Of a stretch of DNA of 64,000 nt, positions 38,193 to 47,661 are shown in pieces. The notes under the pieces were generated by a model, which worked only from the letters and a program-made list of their open reading frames with translations, was not told where the DNA came from and ran no database searches. The position numbers and the translations under genes were made by a program. How positions within the stretch are numbered: position 1 is the stretch's first letter; the number at the start of each line of letters is the position of its first letter. This DNA is from Turneriella sp. (GTDB taxonomy: Bacteria > Spirochaetota > Leptospiria > Turneriellales > Turneriellaceae): the NCBI GenBank assembly GCA_965279515.1, contig CBDIID010000003.1, forward strand, positions 2,976,001 through 3,040,000, given 5' to 3'.

Positions 38193-40572
38193 CTTTTTCC
38201 GCAAATATCGGCCGCTGGGCAAGCCACTGCGGTACCTTCGATCTCTCCAAATAAGCCTCAGCGATACTCTGGCGTCCGAAGACATAAGGACGGCCTTGGA
38301 TGTGCATGTTTCTCACCCACTGCTCCCTGCCTGCCCCGCCGACCTCAAAAGCCACCGAATTTCCGAAAAGGCCGCTCGCTACGTTATCAGGGTTTTGTAT
38401 GACCGTGCAGTCGGGTGGCCCGCTGCAAAAATACGGCGTGGCATTCTCATCATGCCTGGTGATACCCGTAGCAGAACCATAGAAAACATAGGCAGCACCT
38501 TTCGTTGCTGCACCGGCAGTTTGGCCGCCTGCGGCGGAGGTACCGTTGTTCTGCTTGGCCCCGACGAACACATCGGGATAACCATCGCCATTCACATCAC
38601 CCGCAAACGCGACCGCGAAGCCGAAATTGCCGGTCGAGTTATCGGGGTTCTGTATGACCGTGCAATCGGGCGGGCCGCTGCAATAGTAGGGAGTCGCATT
38701 CTCGTCATGCTTTGTGATGCCTGAAGCAGAACCGTAGAAGATATAGGCTGCACCCTTGTTGGGATTTCCCGGAGTCTGCCCGCCAGCGGAATTCGCACCA
38801 TTGTTACCGAATGCCCCAACGATGACGTCGCTATAGCCGTCGCCGTTGACGTCACCGGCAAAGGCAACGGAGTTTCCGTAAAATGCCGAGATTCGGTCGT
38901 CTGGGTTTTGTATGACAGTACAATCGGGGGGGCCGCTGCAGTAGTAGGCTGTCATATTCTCGTGATGCTTTGTGATGCCCGAAGCGGAGCCATAGAATAG
39001 ATAAGCCGCACCCTTGTTTGTCTGACCTATGCCCTGCCCGCCAGTAGCACCTGCGCCGTTATTAAACGATGCCCCTACGATAACATCTGCATACCCATCA
39101 CCGTTCACGTCACCCGCATAAGCAACGGAAAAACCGAAGAAGCCGCCCGTTGCGTTATCGGGGTTTTGCACCACGGTGCAATCGGGTGGCCCGCTGCAGT
39201 AATACGCCGTCGCATTCTCGTCATGCTTTGTAATGCCTGAAGCAGAACCGTAGAAGATGTAGGCTGCCCCTTTGTTTGGAACACCGGCAGTTTGCCCACC
39301 AGCGGCATTCATACCGTAGTTTTGCTTGGCGCCAATGATAACATCTGCAAAGCCATCGCCATTCACATCACTGGCAAAGGCGACTGAATTTCCGAAAAAG
39401 CCGCTGGCCGCCGGGTTATCAGGATTTTGTATCACGGTGCAGTCCGGTGGCCCACTGCAGTAATACGCCGTCGCATTCTCGTCATGGTTAGTGATGCCTG
39501 CAGCAGAACCATAGAATATGTAGGATGCACCCTTGCCGGTCGCACCCGCGGTTTGTCCGCCAGCGGCATTGGAACCATTGTTTTGGTATGCGCCGATGAC
39601 GATATCGGCATAGCCGTCGCCATTCACATCGCCCGCAGAGGCTACGGAGTAACCGAAGAAACCCGCCGCGTTATCGGGATTTTGTACGACCGTGCAATCG
39701 GGCAGCCCGCTGCAATAATAGGGCGTGGCATTTTCGTCGTGCCGTGTGATGCCCGCCGCAGAACCATAAAACACATAGGCAGCCCCTTTATTCGTCGCAC
39801 CCACAATTTGACCACCTGCCGCACTCGAACCATTGTTCTGGTATGCTCCCACAACGATGTCGGCATAGCCATCGCCGTTGACATCGCCTGCAAAGCTTGC
39901 CGAGAATCCAAAAAGCCCGGCCGAATTATCGGGGTTTTGTATGACGGTGCAATCGGGTGGCCCGCTGCAATAATAGGGCGTCGCATTCTCTGCATGTCTT
40001 GTGACGCCCGCTGCCGACCCGTAAAATACATAGGCGGCGCCTTTGTTTCCTGCGCCGCTTGCGCTTTGCCCGCCCGCCGCAGAGGCTCCATTGTTTTGGG
40101 GTGCTCCGACGATGACATCGGCATAGCCATCGGCATTGACATCTTTGTTCGTTTGCCGGGTAAAAGTGACATTGACTGTATCGCTCTGCGTATTGCCATT
40201 CGCATCGAACGGGCGCAGTTTCAGCGTATGCTTCGACCCCACCTGCCAGCGGTCTTTCCCGGCCGCTGCCTCGGCGCCTGCGGGAATAAATAACCTCCAA
40301 GTTTGCCCGCTGACTATGGCCGACTTATAGGCGCCATCGTCGAACGAGCCCTTCACCTCGCTCGCACCGGCGGTCAAGGTTCCAGTGACAACTCCACTGT
40401 AGAGTTCCCCGGCATGGCCCGAAGTCACGTTCTTGAGATTCGTCAGCGTGAGACCGCTGCCAAATTTGTCGAGAAACGAAGCCGGGGTCGAGAATTTGCA
40501 GGTGGCGCATATTAACATAGTTGCGATCGATAATGCGACGCCGAAGACTCTACGGATCTTATGGGATGACAT
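38185..40572 (-). CDS. FG-GAP (integrin-alpha-like) seven-repeat beta-propeller surface lipoprotein
   Basis: Seven repeats of about 86 aa, DVNGDGYAD(I/V)(I/V)VGA...KGAAY(V/I)FYGS...FG.SVA. N-terminal signal ICATC. Confidence 0.92.
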   Translation of the reverse strand: MSSHKIRRVFGVALSIATMLICATCKFSTPASFLDKFGSGLTLTNLKNVTSGHAGELYSGVVTGTLTAGASEVKGSFDDGAYKSAIVSGQTWRLFIPAGAEAAAGKDRWQVGSKHTLKLRPFDANGNTQSDTVNVTFTRQTNKDVNADGYADVIVGAPQNNGASAAGGQSASGAGNKGAAYVFYGSAAGVTRHAENATPYYCSGPPDCTVIQNPDNSAGLFGFSASFAGDVNGDGYADIVVGAYQNNGSSAAGGQIVGATNKGAAYVFYGSAAGITRHDENATPYYCSGLPDCTVVQNPDNAAGFFGYSVASAGDVNGDGYADIVIGAYQNNGSNAAGGQTAGATGKGASYIFYGSAAGITNHDENATAYYCSGPPDCTVIQNPDNPAASGFFGNSVAFASDVNGDGFADVIIGAKQNYGMNAAGGQTAGVPNKGAAYIFYGSASGITKHDENATAYYCSGPPDCTVVQNPDNATGGFFGFSVAYAGDVNGDGYADVIVGASFNNGAGATGGQGIGQTNKGAAYLFYGSASGITKHHENMTAYYCSGPPDCTVIQNPDDRISAFYGNSVAFAGDVNGDGYSDVIVGAFGNNGANSAGGQTPGNPNKGAAYIFYGSASGITKHDENATPYYCSGPPDCTVIQNPDNSTGNFGFAVAFAGDVNGDGYPDVFVGAKQNNGTSAAGGQTAGAATKGAAYVFYGSATGITRHDENATPYFCSGPPDCTVIQNPDNVASGLFGNSVAFEVGGAGREQWVRNMHIQGRPYVFGRQSIAEAYLERSKVPQWLAQRPIFAEKGS
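38345..40145 (-). repeat. Intragenic tandem repeat, 7 units of about 255-261 bp
   Basis: The DVNGDG-coding unit recurs at roughly 258-bp spacing. Units differ mainly at third codon positions. Confidence 0.9.
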
Positions 40573-42013
40573 ATTCGACTCCTAGACTCGCTCTGAAATA
40601 CGTGAGGTTCTGCCCCTGGTAAAGATAACTGCCGGCCATGAGGGATAACATGAGATGCCACGGAGATTTCTGCCCCAAACGATAAAATTGGTTGAGACCT
40701 ATCTCGGGGTTGATTGCCATGATGCTGTAGGCGCCAGAGCTCAGGTCGCGAAAAAAATTCTGGTATTGCACATAGACGCCGATCACCGGCGAAAGCGAAT
40801 AGCGCTTCCCGAAATCAAAGGGCCGGTCAAAACGCAATCCGCCACCGGCAGAGAAGAGATGGATTCTGCTCTTGGTCGGGTTATCTGCCAGGTATTGCGC
40901 GGCATCTCCGCTGCCATAAGTGAATTGTGTCGCCAAAGCCCAGCGCATCTTCGCCGGCAAGAATTGCCAGCGTCCCGGCAAAATTCCCGCTTCGAGGGTT
41001 GCATAGCCGCGCATCGCATCGAAGGTAAAGCCGCTGCCGGCAGTGAGCGCCGCGGGGTTTGACATACCCGCTACCGAAAGACTTGTCATGTACGGATACC
41101 CGGCTGTCACCCACCAGCGCGCCAAGACTGGCCCGCGCGGGTCGGGGTAATGCATACGCACCGTATACTTTATCGCATCGGGTTTTTCTGTGTATGCGAG
41201 GTTCAAAACCGGTTCCGTCGATTCGGCAACGCACTCTTCGCCGTTACATTTGAATCCGGTCGTCGTGATATGCGGATTAAGACGTTTACGCAGGTATTCA
41301 TAAGTAAAGCGGATGGTTTTATTTTCAGCCGCTTCTTCGTAATTCAGATATACATCATATTCGTAACGATCGATGTCAAATGCCGGTCGCAGTACGAGGT
41401 TCTTTATGCTCAACGAATCGAGAAAACCTTTAGGCGGATGTTCCAGGCGGTAAATGAGCAACTCGAGTTTGTTATCTCGCTTGAATTCGCTTGCATCGAG
41501 TGGTCGTAATTTCTGGTTCAGCTCATCGGAGATATTGAGCGCGAGTTTGCCCAGCGTGTCGAAAATTTCCCCACCGGTCGCGGTTTCCTCATTTTTCGTG
41601 ACCACGGAAATATCTTCGAGCGCGTCGACAGCTTCGGCCTCTATTCTGACCATTTGTTGCTGGTCTTTTTTCGACACAGAAAACCGGCCAATAACGGCAA
41701 CTTCGCAATTCAGGCGTTTGGCAAATGCCGCCGCATTCTGCGGCGTGAGGTTCGCAAACTGCATGCCGGCATCGATTTTGCGTAGCAGCGTGACATCCAA
41801 AACTTCATAGCGCTCCGTTTTCAAAAGTTCGGCCTTGAGATTGTCTGCCATCGAATCAGACATCCAGTTGAAGTTCTTGTTATTCTGCAGGTTATCGAAG
41901 GGGAGAACAAGGACGCGGCGCTTCAGGATTTCCGCTTCTGCCGCGGATATGCAAAATAAATAGAAAATCGCCAGAAAGCCGAATCGTGAAACCCGGATGC
42001 AATCCTTAGACAC
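40559..42013 (-). CDS. Secreted TolB_N/FlgO-like protein with a cadherin-like segment and a putative C-terminal beta-barrel
   Basis: Signal ..SAAEA, VLVLPFDNLQNNKNFNWMS, LDSLSIKN.VL.PAF....YEY.V, and terminal FRASLGVEY. Confidence 0.72.
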   Translation of the reverse strand: MSKDCIRVSRFGFLAIFYLFCISAAEAEILKRRVLVLPFDNLQNNKNFNWMSDSMADNLKAELLKTERYEVLDVTLLRKIDAGMQFANLTPQNAAAFAKRLNCEVAVIGRFSVSKKDQQQMVRIEAEAVDALEDISVVTKNEETATGGEIFDTLGKLALNISDELNQKLRPLDASEFKRDNKLELLIYRLEHPPKGFLDSLSIKNLVLRPAFDIDRYEYDVYLNYEEAAENKTIRFTYEYLRKRLNPHITTTGFKCNGEECVAESTEPVLNLAYTEKPDAIKYTVRMHYPDPRGPVLARWWVTAGYPYMTSLSVAGMSNPAALTAGSGFTFDAMRGYATLEAGILPGRWQFLPAKMRWALATQFTYGSGDAAQYLADNPTKSRIHLFSAGGGLRFDRPFDFGKRYSLSPVIGVYVQYQNFFRDLSSGAYSIMAINPEIGLNQFYRLGQKSPWHLMLSLMAGSYLYQGQNLTYFRASLGVEYVIP

Positions 42014-42040
42014 CGGTTTTTATAACTGTTTTTGGGCATC

Positions 42041-42068
42041 TTGTCGCCTCAAATGATCATTCGAGACC
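42041..42068. promoter_or_regulatory. Conserved palindromic upstream motif (putative operator)
   Basis: TTGTCGCCTCAAATGATCATTCGAGACC, lying between the AraC gene stop and the start at 42013. Confidence 0.7.
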
Positions 42069-42073
42069 ATTTT

Positions 42074-43669
42074 TTACGATTTTTCGAGGTTTTTATCCCG
42101 GAACTCCATAGCTGTCATGCCTGTATAGCGCTTGAATTCATTTGAAAATACCGCCTTGGAGCCGAAACCCGTGGCAAAGGCGATTTCCAGGACATTCTGT
42201 TCAGGCGATTGCACCAACAAACTTTGGGCCTCCTGCACCCTGTATTCATTAATAAAATTGGCAAAATTCTTTCCAAAGTGGGAATTCAAGAGTTCCGAAA
42301 GCTGGGTGCGATTGAGTCCAAGCGCTTTGGCGAGGTCTGGCAGGCGCAAATCTTCAATCAGGTAGATTTTTTCCTCTTTCATGAGGATGTCTAACCGCGA
42401 GAGAATTTCTTTCAGATCGATCTCGGCGAGCGAAGATTTCTGGTATTTGGATTTCGCAGAGAGGGCAGCCATTTTTTCTTCGAGCAGACGTAACCGTTCC
42501 CGATCGGCGCCGCGTTGTTTTTCCCATACTGCCATAAAGAAAAACAGGATATCCACAGGCAGCGCGAACATAACACCATAGACATAAAAATTACTGAATG
42601 GCAAGAGATTCAAAATATAGAGAACGTGAAACATCGCGAAGAAAAACAGGATTCCCCAGCCGATGATAAAAAGCCGGATATGCGGCCGTGAATTCTTAAG
42701 GAGTATCACGCCGATTGCAAAGAACGCAGGGATAGAGATCAGGTAAACCAGCGAGATCAGGCGCGAAAAAATAACGACAGGTATGGTAGTGAGCGTTAGC
42801 GGAATGCTCAACAGGCAGATGATGGCGACGACTTTGCAAACCAGATCGACTCTGGGCATCAGCCGGGGAAAGTCGAGCAGGCGCCGCAGAAACAACATGG
42901 TGAACAGCACCTGCGCGCCCATAAAAGTGAAACCTGCACGGTTTTGCCACCATGTCGCCTCGGGCCAAAAGATATCGAACCCGTTACCGAATATCGTTGT
43001 AAACGCCAGGCTCACCGTCACGATATAGGCGATGTATAGCGGATAATTCATATCGCGGGAAACGATGTAGAGAAAAAGCGCGAATGCAACGAGAATCAGT
43101 ATCACGGTAGAATAGGCGAAGATCAACGTGACCTCGCGCTTCAGGTCGCGCAGGTAGGCGACCTCTGACTTTATGAAGATGGGAAAATTCATCAATGAAG
43201 TCGAAGTCAGACGGATGAAGAAAATCCCCCCCGAAACCCGCTCGGGCACAATCTCTACCGCGGGAAAGTGAGCCTCAGGCAGCGACCACTGCGACTTCGG
43301 ATACGCGTCACCGGCAATCTGTTTTTGTGTATCGCCTGAAGTATCGCGGTAGAACAGCTCTAAGGAATCAAGGGGTTTCCATTCGAAGACAGTATAGATC
43401 TTCTTTAGCGCGGCGAAATCGGGCAGCTCGCGCAGATCGAAACGGAACCAGAAGGCCGATTTGGAGAAGGCAAAGCGTGTCGCATCGAGACCGATCTTGC
43501 GCCATTTTTCCTGTGGCACGGCTGCGACATCGCCAAAACCCAGTTTGCCCGATGCGTCCTCAAGATAGTTCACGCCGGCAGTAAAATTCTGCTTTCGTGT
43601 TTCTGCGGTCAGGGGAGAAAGTGCCGCGGTGACTAAAAACAACCTAAGATAGACACGCACTACCGGCAT
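42074..43669 (-). CDS. 7TM-DISM sensor fused to an AraC HTH regulator
   Basis: YLEDASG...FAFSKSAFWFR, 7 TM helices (FDIFWP), then QLSELLN, YRVQEAQ and EIAFATGFGSK..F...FK. Confidence 0.92.
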   Translation of the reverse strand: MPVVRVYLRLFLVTAALSPLTAETRKQNFTAGVNYLEDASGKLGFGDVAAVPQEKWRKIGLDATRFAFSKSAFWFRFDLRELPDFAALKKIYTVFEWKPLDSLELFYRDTSGDTQKQIAGDAYPKSQWSLPEAHFPAVEIVPERVSGGIFFIRLTSTSLMNFPIFIKSEVAYLRDLKREVTLIFAYSTVILILVAFALFLYIVSRDMNYPLYIAYIVTVSLAFTTIFGNGFDIFWPEATWWQNRAGFTFMGAQVLFTMLFLRRLLDFPRLMPRVDLVCKVVAIICLLSIPLTLTTIPVVIFSRLISLVYLISIPAFFAIGVILLKNSRPHIRLFIIGWGILFFFAMFHVLYILNLLPFSNFYVYGVMFALPVDILFFFMAVWEKQRGADRERLRLLEEKMAALSAKSKYQKSSLAEIDLKEILSRLDILMKEEKIYLIEDLRLPDLAKALGLNRTQLSELLNSHFGKNFANFINEYRVQEAQSLLVQSPEQNVLEIAFATGFGSKAVFSNEFKRYTGMTAMEFRDKNLEKS

Positions 43670-43697
43670 CTTAAGGGATTTTCATCCTGTGGCAATC

Positions 43698-45020
43698 TTA
43701 AAGAGATCTGCGGAAATAAAAATAGAGCGGAATGCCCAGCGCGATGACGCCCAGACCCAGTGCCGTCAGTTGCGGCGTTGCCACTACGGCATAACCGATG
43801 AAAGCCGCTGAACAGAGCAAGAATAACGCGGGAAGCACAGGGTAGAGCGGCGTTCTGAAAACCGTGTTGTGCCCGCCGGGATCCATCCGCCTGACCTTGA
43901 AGATCGCCGCTGCGGTCAGGCCGTAAAAGATCCAGGAGGCAAAGACAACAGAATCTGTGAGCTGGTCGAAGGTGCCCGAAAGCGCAAGAATCGCCGCGAT
44001 CACACCCTGCGTGAGAGTCGATATGACCGGGATGGAATTTTTTGCCGAAAGGCGTGCCAGCGGTTTGAAGAAGACACCGTCGACCGCCATGGCATAGGGC
44101 ACGCGCGCGCTCGCGAGAATCGAACCATTCATTGCCCCCAGCGCCGAGATCACGAGCAGCACCGCCACGATTTTGACGCTGGCGCCTGAGATGCTCTTCG
44201 CCAGTGCCGCCGTTGCCACGGGCTGCGCCGCCGTATGCAGCGACGGGTTAGCCGCGAGAATTTCAGAAAAACCCAAAACACGAAAAAACGCCAGGTTAAC
44301 GATGAGGTAGACGGCGATCACGACTCCCATGCCGATGGCGAGGGCGAGCGGCAGGTTGCGCTGCGGGTTCTTGACCTCGCCGCCGAGCATCGGCAGATTA
44401 TTCCAGCCGTCGTATGCCCAGAGCGCGGCCATGAGCGCCGCCGAAAACGAGACCATGCCCGGCCAGTGTGCGGGCGGGGTTGCTGCGGCCGAGGCGGGCG
44501 TGAAGAGAAAAAGCAGGATGACAATCACGGCAAGGCTCAGGATCTTGATGGCGGTCAGGCTCACCTGCACCGAGGCGCTGACAAAAATCGTCAGGCTGTT
44601 GATAAACGTGAACAGCAGAATAAAAAACACCGCCATCTGCCAGATGCGGATGCCCATCGCTTCATACGGTACCACGACATGTAAAAACGTCGCTGCCCCG
44701 ACCGCGTAAGAGGCGGCGCTGCCCGGCGCGCCGATGGTGAAGCGCATCCAGCCGTACATGTATGCCGGAAAGCGGCCATAGCTGTTGCGGATAATCGCAT
44801 ACTCGCCGCCGGCCGCGGGCATACGCGAGCAGAGTTCTGCATAGGTGAGTGCTCCTGCGTAAGAGAGCAATCCTGCTACCAGCCAGGCGGTCAGCACGAG
44901 CGCAACACTGCCCGCGTGTGAAGCCATGATCGCGGGCTTGAGAAACACACCGGTGCCAATCATGCAGCCCGCGACGAGGCTGATGCAGGTGATCAGGCCG
45001 ATGGTTTGTTTCTGCGGCAC
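43698..45020 (-). CDS. APC-family amino acid permease
   Basis: MIGTGVF, YAELCSRMP.AGGEY, LWAYDGW and ARVPYAMA.DG. Confidence 0.95.
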   Translation of the reverse strand: MPQKQTIGLITCISLVAGCMIGTGVFLKPAIMASHAGSVALVLTAWLVAGLLSYAGALTYAELCSRMPAAGGEYAIIRNSYGRFPAYMYGWMRFTIGAPGSAASYAVGAATFLHVVVPYEAMGIRIWQMAVFFILLFTFINSLTIFVSASVQVSLTAIKILSLAVIVILLFLFTPASAAATPPAHWPGMVSFSAALMAALWAYDGWNNLPMLGGEVKNPQRNLPLALAIGMGVVIAVYLIVNLAFFRVLGFSEILAANPSLHTAAQPVATAALAKSISGASVKIVAVLLVISALGAMNGSILASARVPYAMAVDGVFFKPLARLSAKNSIPVISTLTQGVIAAILALSGTFDQLTDSVVFASWIFYGLTAAAIFKVRRMDPGGHNTVFRTPLYPVLPALFLLCSAAFIGYAVVATPQLTALGLGVIALGIPLYFYFRRSL

Positions 45021-45032
45021 CGGGTTCGCGTG

Positions 45033-45494
45033 TTAGAATTTTACCGCGATGCCGGCTTTGCGGATCTGTGCCGCGGTTTCGGGAAAACTGGCAGCAAAGG
45101 TTTTTTTGCGTTTTAGCCAGCCGCGCGCTTCGGATAGCCCCGGAGCCAGGACTTTCAGCTCAGGGGCGGTCAGCGGTGCAATTGCTGCGGCGAGTTTTTT
45201 GTCACCAACGCGCTCGGCAACTTCGTATATATGGAAGTAGTGAAAATAAGCGCCCGAAGTATCCAGTTTGTCTATCAGGCGGATGAACTGCGTGAAATCG
45301 GCCGGCGCTCCATCGATAGCGGCGTCGAGTTTTCCGCCATAGTCTATCCCCGCGTCGGTTGCCTGAATTTGTGTCTCGTCGGCGATTTTGACACGCCCCG
45401 AATAGGGTTTGGCGGCAAGGTGTGTGAGAACCAGAACCCAAAGCAGCAGAATTGCGCGCATATACCCGAAATAAGGCCTTTTTGGTCGCGGCAA
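45033..45494 (-). CDS. Hypothetical exported protein
   Basis: Signal-like MRAILLLWVLVLTHLAA. The true start may be the second Met. Confidence 0.55.
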   Translation of the reverse strand: MPRPKRPYFGYMRAILLLWVLVLTHLAAKPYSGRVKIADETQIQATDAGIDYGGKLDAAIDGAPADFTQFIRLIDKLDTSGAYFHYFHIYEVAERVGDKKLAAAIAPLTAPELKVLAPGLSEARGWLKRKKTFAASFPETAAQIRKAGIAVKF

Positions 45495-45580
45495 GTGCTA
45501 AAGGCGGGCATAACCGCCTATTCTGATCTTCACCTTGCCACGCCATGTGCCGATAATTAAAAGGGATAAAACGCCCACCT

Positions 45581-46783
45581 ATGTTCCAGATTGCTAATTT
45601 TCAGCAGAATGCCTTTGTTATCGTGGAAGGCAAGGCAGCCCCGGGGTTTTACATTGTAAGACAAGGTAAGGTTCGGCTTACGGCCGAGATGCCGATTCCT
45701 GGCGAAGAAGCGAACCTGATGCTGAATCCCGGAGATTTTTTCGGCGTCGTCTCGGCCATGAGTGGCCATCCCCATATCGAAACCGCCCAGTGCCTCGCCG
45801 GCACATCGATGATCAATGTCGGTCGCGACCAGTTCGGCGTGCTTATCCAGAAAAACGCGCCGATCGCGATGAAGATCATCCGCTATTTTTCGCAGCGCCT
45901 GCGCATCATCGACCGGGCGATCACAAAACTGACATTCCATAGCACCGTTGAAGAAGATCCGCAAATGATGTTTAACATCGCGCAGTTCTACAACGGCAAA
46001 CAAGAGATGAAGCATGCCGCGTATGCGTACCAGCGTTACCTGCAATTTTATCCGACCGGCGCCTTTGCCGCGCAGGCCAAGATGGCGCTGCAAAACATGA
46101 ATGCGCCGATGTCGGTGCCGCCCCCTGCGGGCAATGCCCTCGCGCGCTCTTTTGCCGACGGGCAGATGATCTTTATCGAGCACGAACCGGGCAATGAACT
46201 CTATATTATTCAGGGCGGTAAGGTCAAGATCACCAAGGTCGTGAATGAAAACGAAGTCTTGCTCGCGGTGTTAAATCCCGGCGATATTTTCGGCGAGATG
46301 GCCTTATTGGAAAATAAACCGCGCTCAGCATCTGCTGCGGCTTTTGGCAATGTCACAACACTTGCGATCAATAAGCAAAACTTCGAGGGCATGGTACAGG
46401 CGCAGCCGCAGCTGGCTACGAAACTCATCACACTGCTCAGCGAGCGCATCTGGCTTGCGTATCGCCAGCTCGCAAACCTGCTGATCACCGACCCGGTTGG
46501 GCGCATGTACGATACCCTGCTGACACAGGTGCAGAAGAAGAAGGTGGCGATTCAGCCAAAGACCAGTTATGTTTTCGATATCGGTTCGCAGGAAATTCTC
46601 AAGATGCTGGGATACCCCCCGGACAGGGGTGAAGAATATCTCATCACGATGCTCGGCGACAAGAACCTGCGCCTCGACCAGGGCAAGTTCATCTGCAAAG
46701 ATTTAGCTGAGCTCGAGAAACAAGTGCAGTTTATCCGCAAGCGTGCAGCCGCAGAGCGCCAGCGCGAAGCCGCGAAGAATTAG
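45581..46783 (+). CDS. Protein with two cyclic-nucleotide-binding domains separated by a TPR-like segment (Crp-like)
   Basis: FYIVRQGKV...PGDFFG and LYIIQGGKV...PGDIFGEMALLENKPRSASA. Confidence 0.9.
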   Translation: MFQIANFQQNAFVIVEGKAAPGFYIVRQGKVRLTAEMPIPGEEANLMLNPGDFFGVVSAMSGHPHIETAQCLAGTSMINVGRDQFGVLIQKNAPIAMKIIRYFSQRLRIIDRAITKLTFHSTVEEDPQMMFNIAQFYNGKQEMKHAAYAYQRYLQFYPTGAFAAQAKMALQNMNAPMSVPPPAGNALARSFADGQMIFIEHEPGNELYIIQGGKVKITKVVNENEVLLAVLNPGDIFGEMALLENKPRSASAAAFGNVTTLAINKQNFEGMVQAQPQLATKLITLLSERIWLAYRQLANLLITDPVGRMYDTLLTQVQKKKVAIQPKTSYVFDIGSQEILKMLGYPPDRGEEYLITMLGDKNLRLDQGKFICKDLAELEKQVQFIRKRAAAERQREAAKN

Positions 46784-47658
46784 ATTACGTCGGCTGTCGC
46801 CATGATGCCGAGAAATTTTGCAATTTCCTGGTTCAGCGACTCTTTTAAGAATCCCAGCGACTGCATCGCCGACTCGAAAGCGCCTTTGCGGTCGTAGTTC
46901 AGTTTTTCAGGTTTGGCTTCTGCAGTGAAACGTTCGATCATCACAATCAGGTCGAGGCTGCCGTTGAATACCGCGAACATCTCGCCGGCGAGCAAATAGG
47001 CCATACAGTAGCGTTTTTGTTTTTCGGGATCGAGCTTCTCAACGTACTTTTTGCAGTTCCGGTCGATTTGCCCCAGGTAACTCGCGAGCGGCTTGGGGAA
47101 ACGCAGGAACTCCACCACCATCGCCTGCACGCGCCCGGCATGCGCGGCGAGGTCGCGCTCATAGGTGTTCGTGAGCTCCAGAATCGCATCATGCTGGTTG
47201 CCGTCTTTCATGTCTTCGAGCACCGACGACATCTTCAGGCTCTGTATGAGACCGCGGTAACGTTCACCGTTGCGCTGCATCTCACGTTCTGCATTGAGCA
47301 AAAACGGATGTAACTCAGAGTCGCGCGTATCGGGTTCGATGTTGAGGGCCGGTAACCATGTCGGTAGTTTCATCGGCTGCGGATGTACACGGCGCTCACC
47401 GCGATTTTCCGTTGCTGTAGCTGTGGGCGACGAAGACAATTCACCAGGTTTGACAGTACCCGAGAGCCGCTTGGCTAGAACGGCTTCTTCGCGCCCCAGC
47501 GCGATCGGTATGATTTCTACCTTGTGCGTGCGCAGGTTGAAGCGCGTCGCAAACCGCCGGCCCTGCGCGTCGATATAGCGGTTTTCAATGCCCTTCAGGG
47601 TAATGCGGCCCGTGTCTATGTCCGAAACCGATTCGATGCGGAGATAGTGGCGGCGCAT
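46780..47658 (-). CDS. Hypothetical protein
   Basis: 292-aa ORF starting 3 nt after the phosphatase stop. Confidence 0.75.
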   Translation of the reverse strand: MRRHYLRIESVSDIDTGRITLKGIENRYIDAQGRRFATRFNLRTHKVEIIPIALGREEAVLAKRLSGTVKPGELSSSPTATATENRGERRVHPQPMKLPTWLPALNIEPDTRDSELHPFLLNAEREMQRNGERYRGLIQSLKMSSVLEDMKDGNQHDAILELTNTYERDLAAHAGRVQAMVVEFLRFPKPLASYLGQIDRNCKKYVEKLDPEKQKRYCMAYLLAGEMFAVFNGSLDLIVMIERFTAEAKPEKLNYDRKGAFESAMQSLGFLKESLNQEIAKFLGIMATADVI

Positions 47659-47661
47659 ATT

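Noticed and set aside
38345..40145. Regular repeats as a CRISPR array
   Set aside because: Units are about 258 bp, in frame, protein-coding and vary at synonymous sites. There are no unique spacers and no cas genes.
31936..42068. The 28-bp motifs as integron attC sites or Fur boxes
   Set aside because: They lack RYYYAAC/GTTRRRY ends, are too short, and no integrase is present. The core AATGATCATT lacks the spacing of the Fur GATAATGATAATCATTATC consensus.
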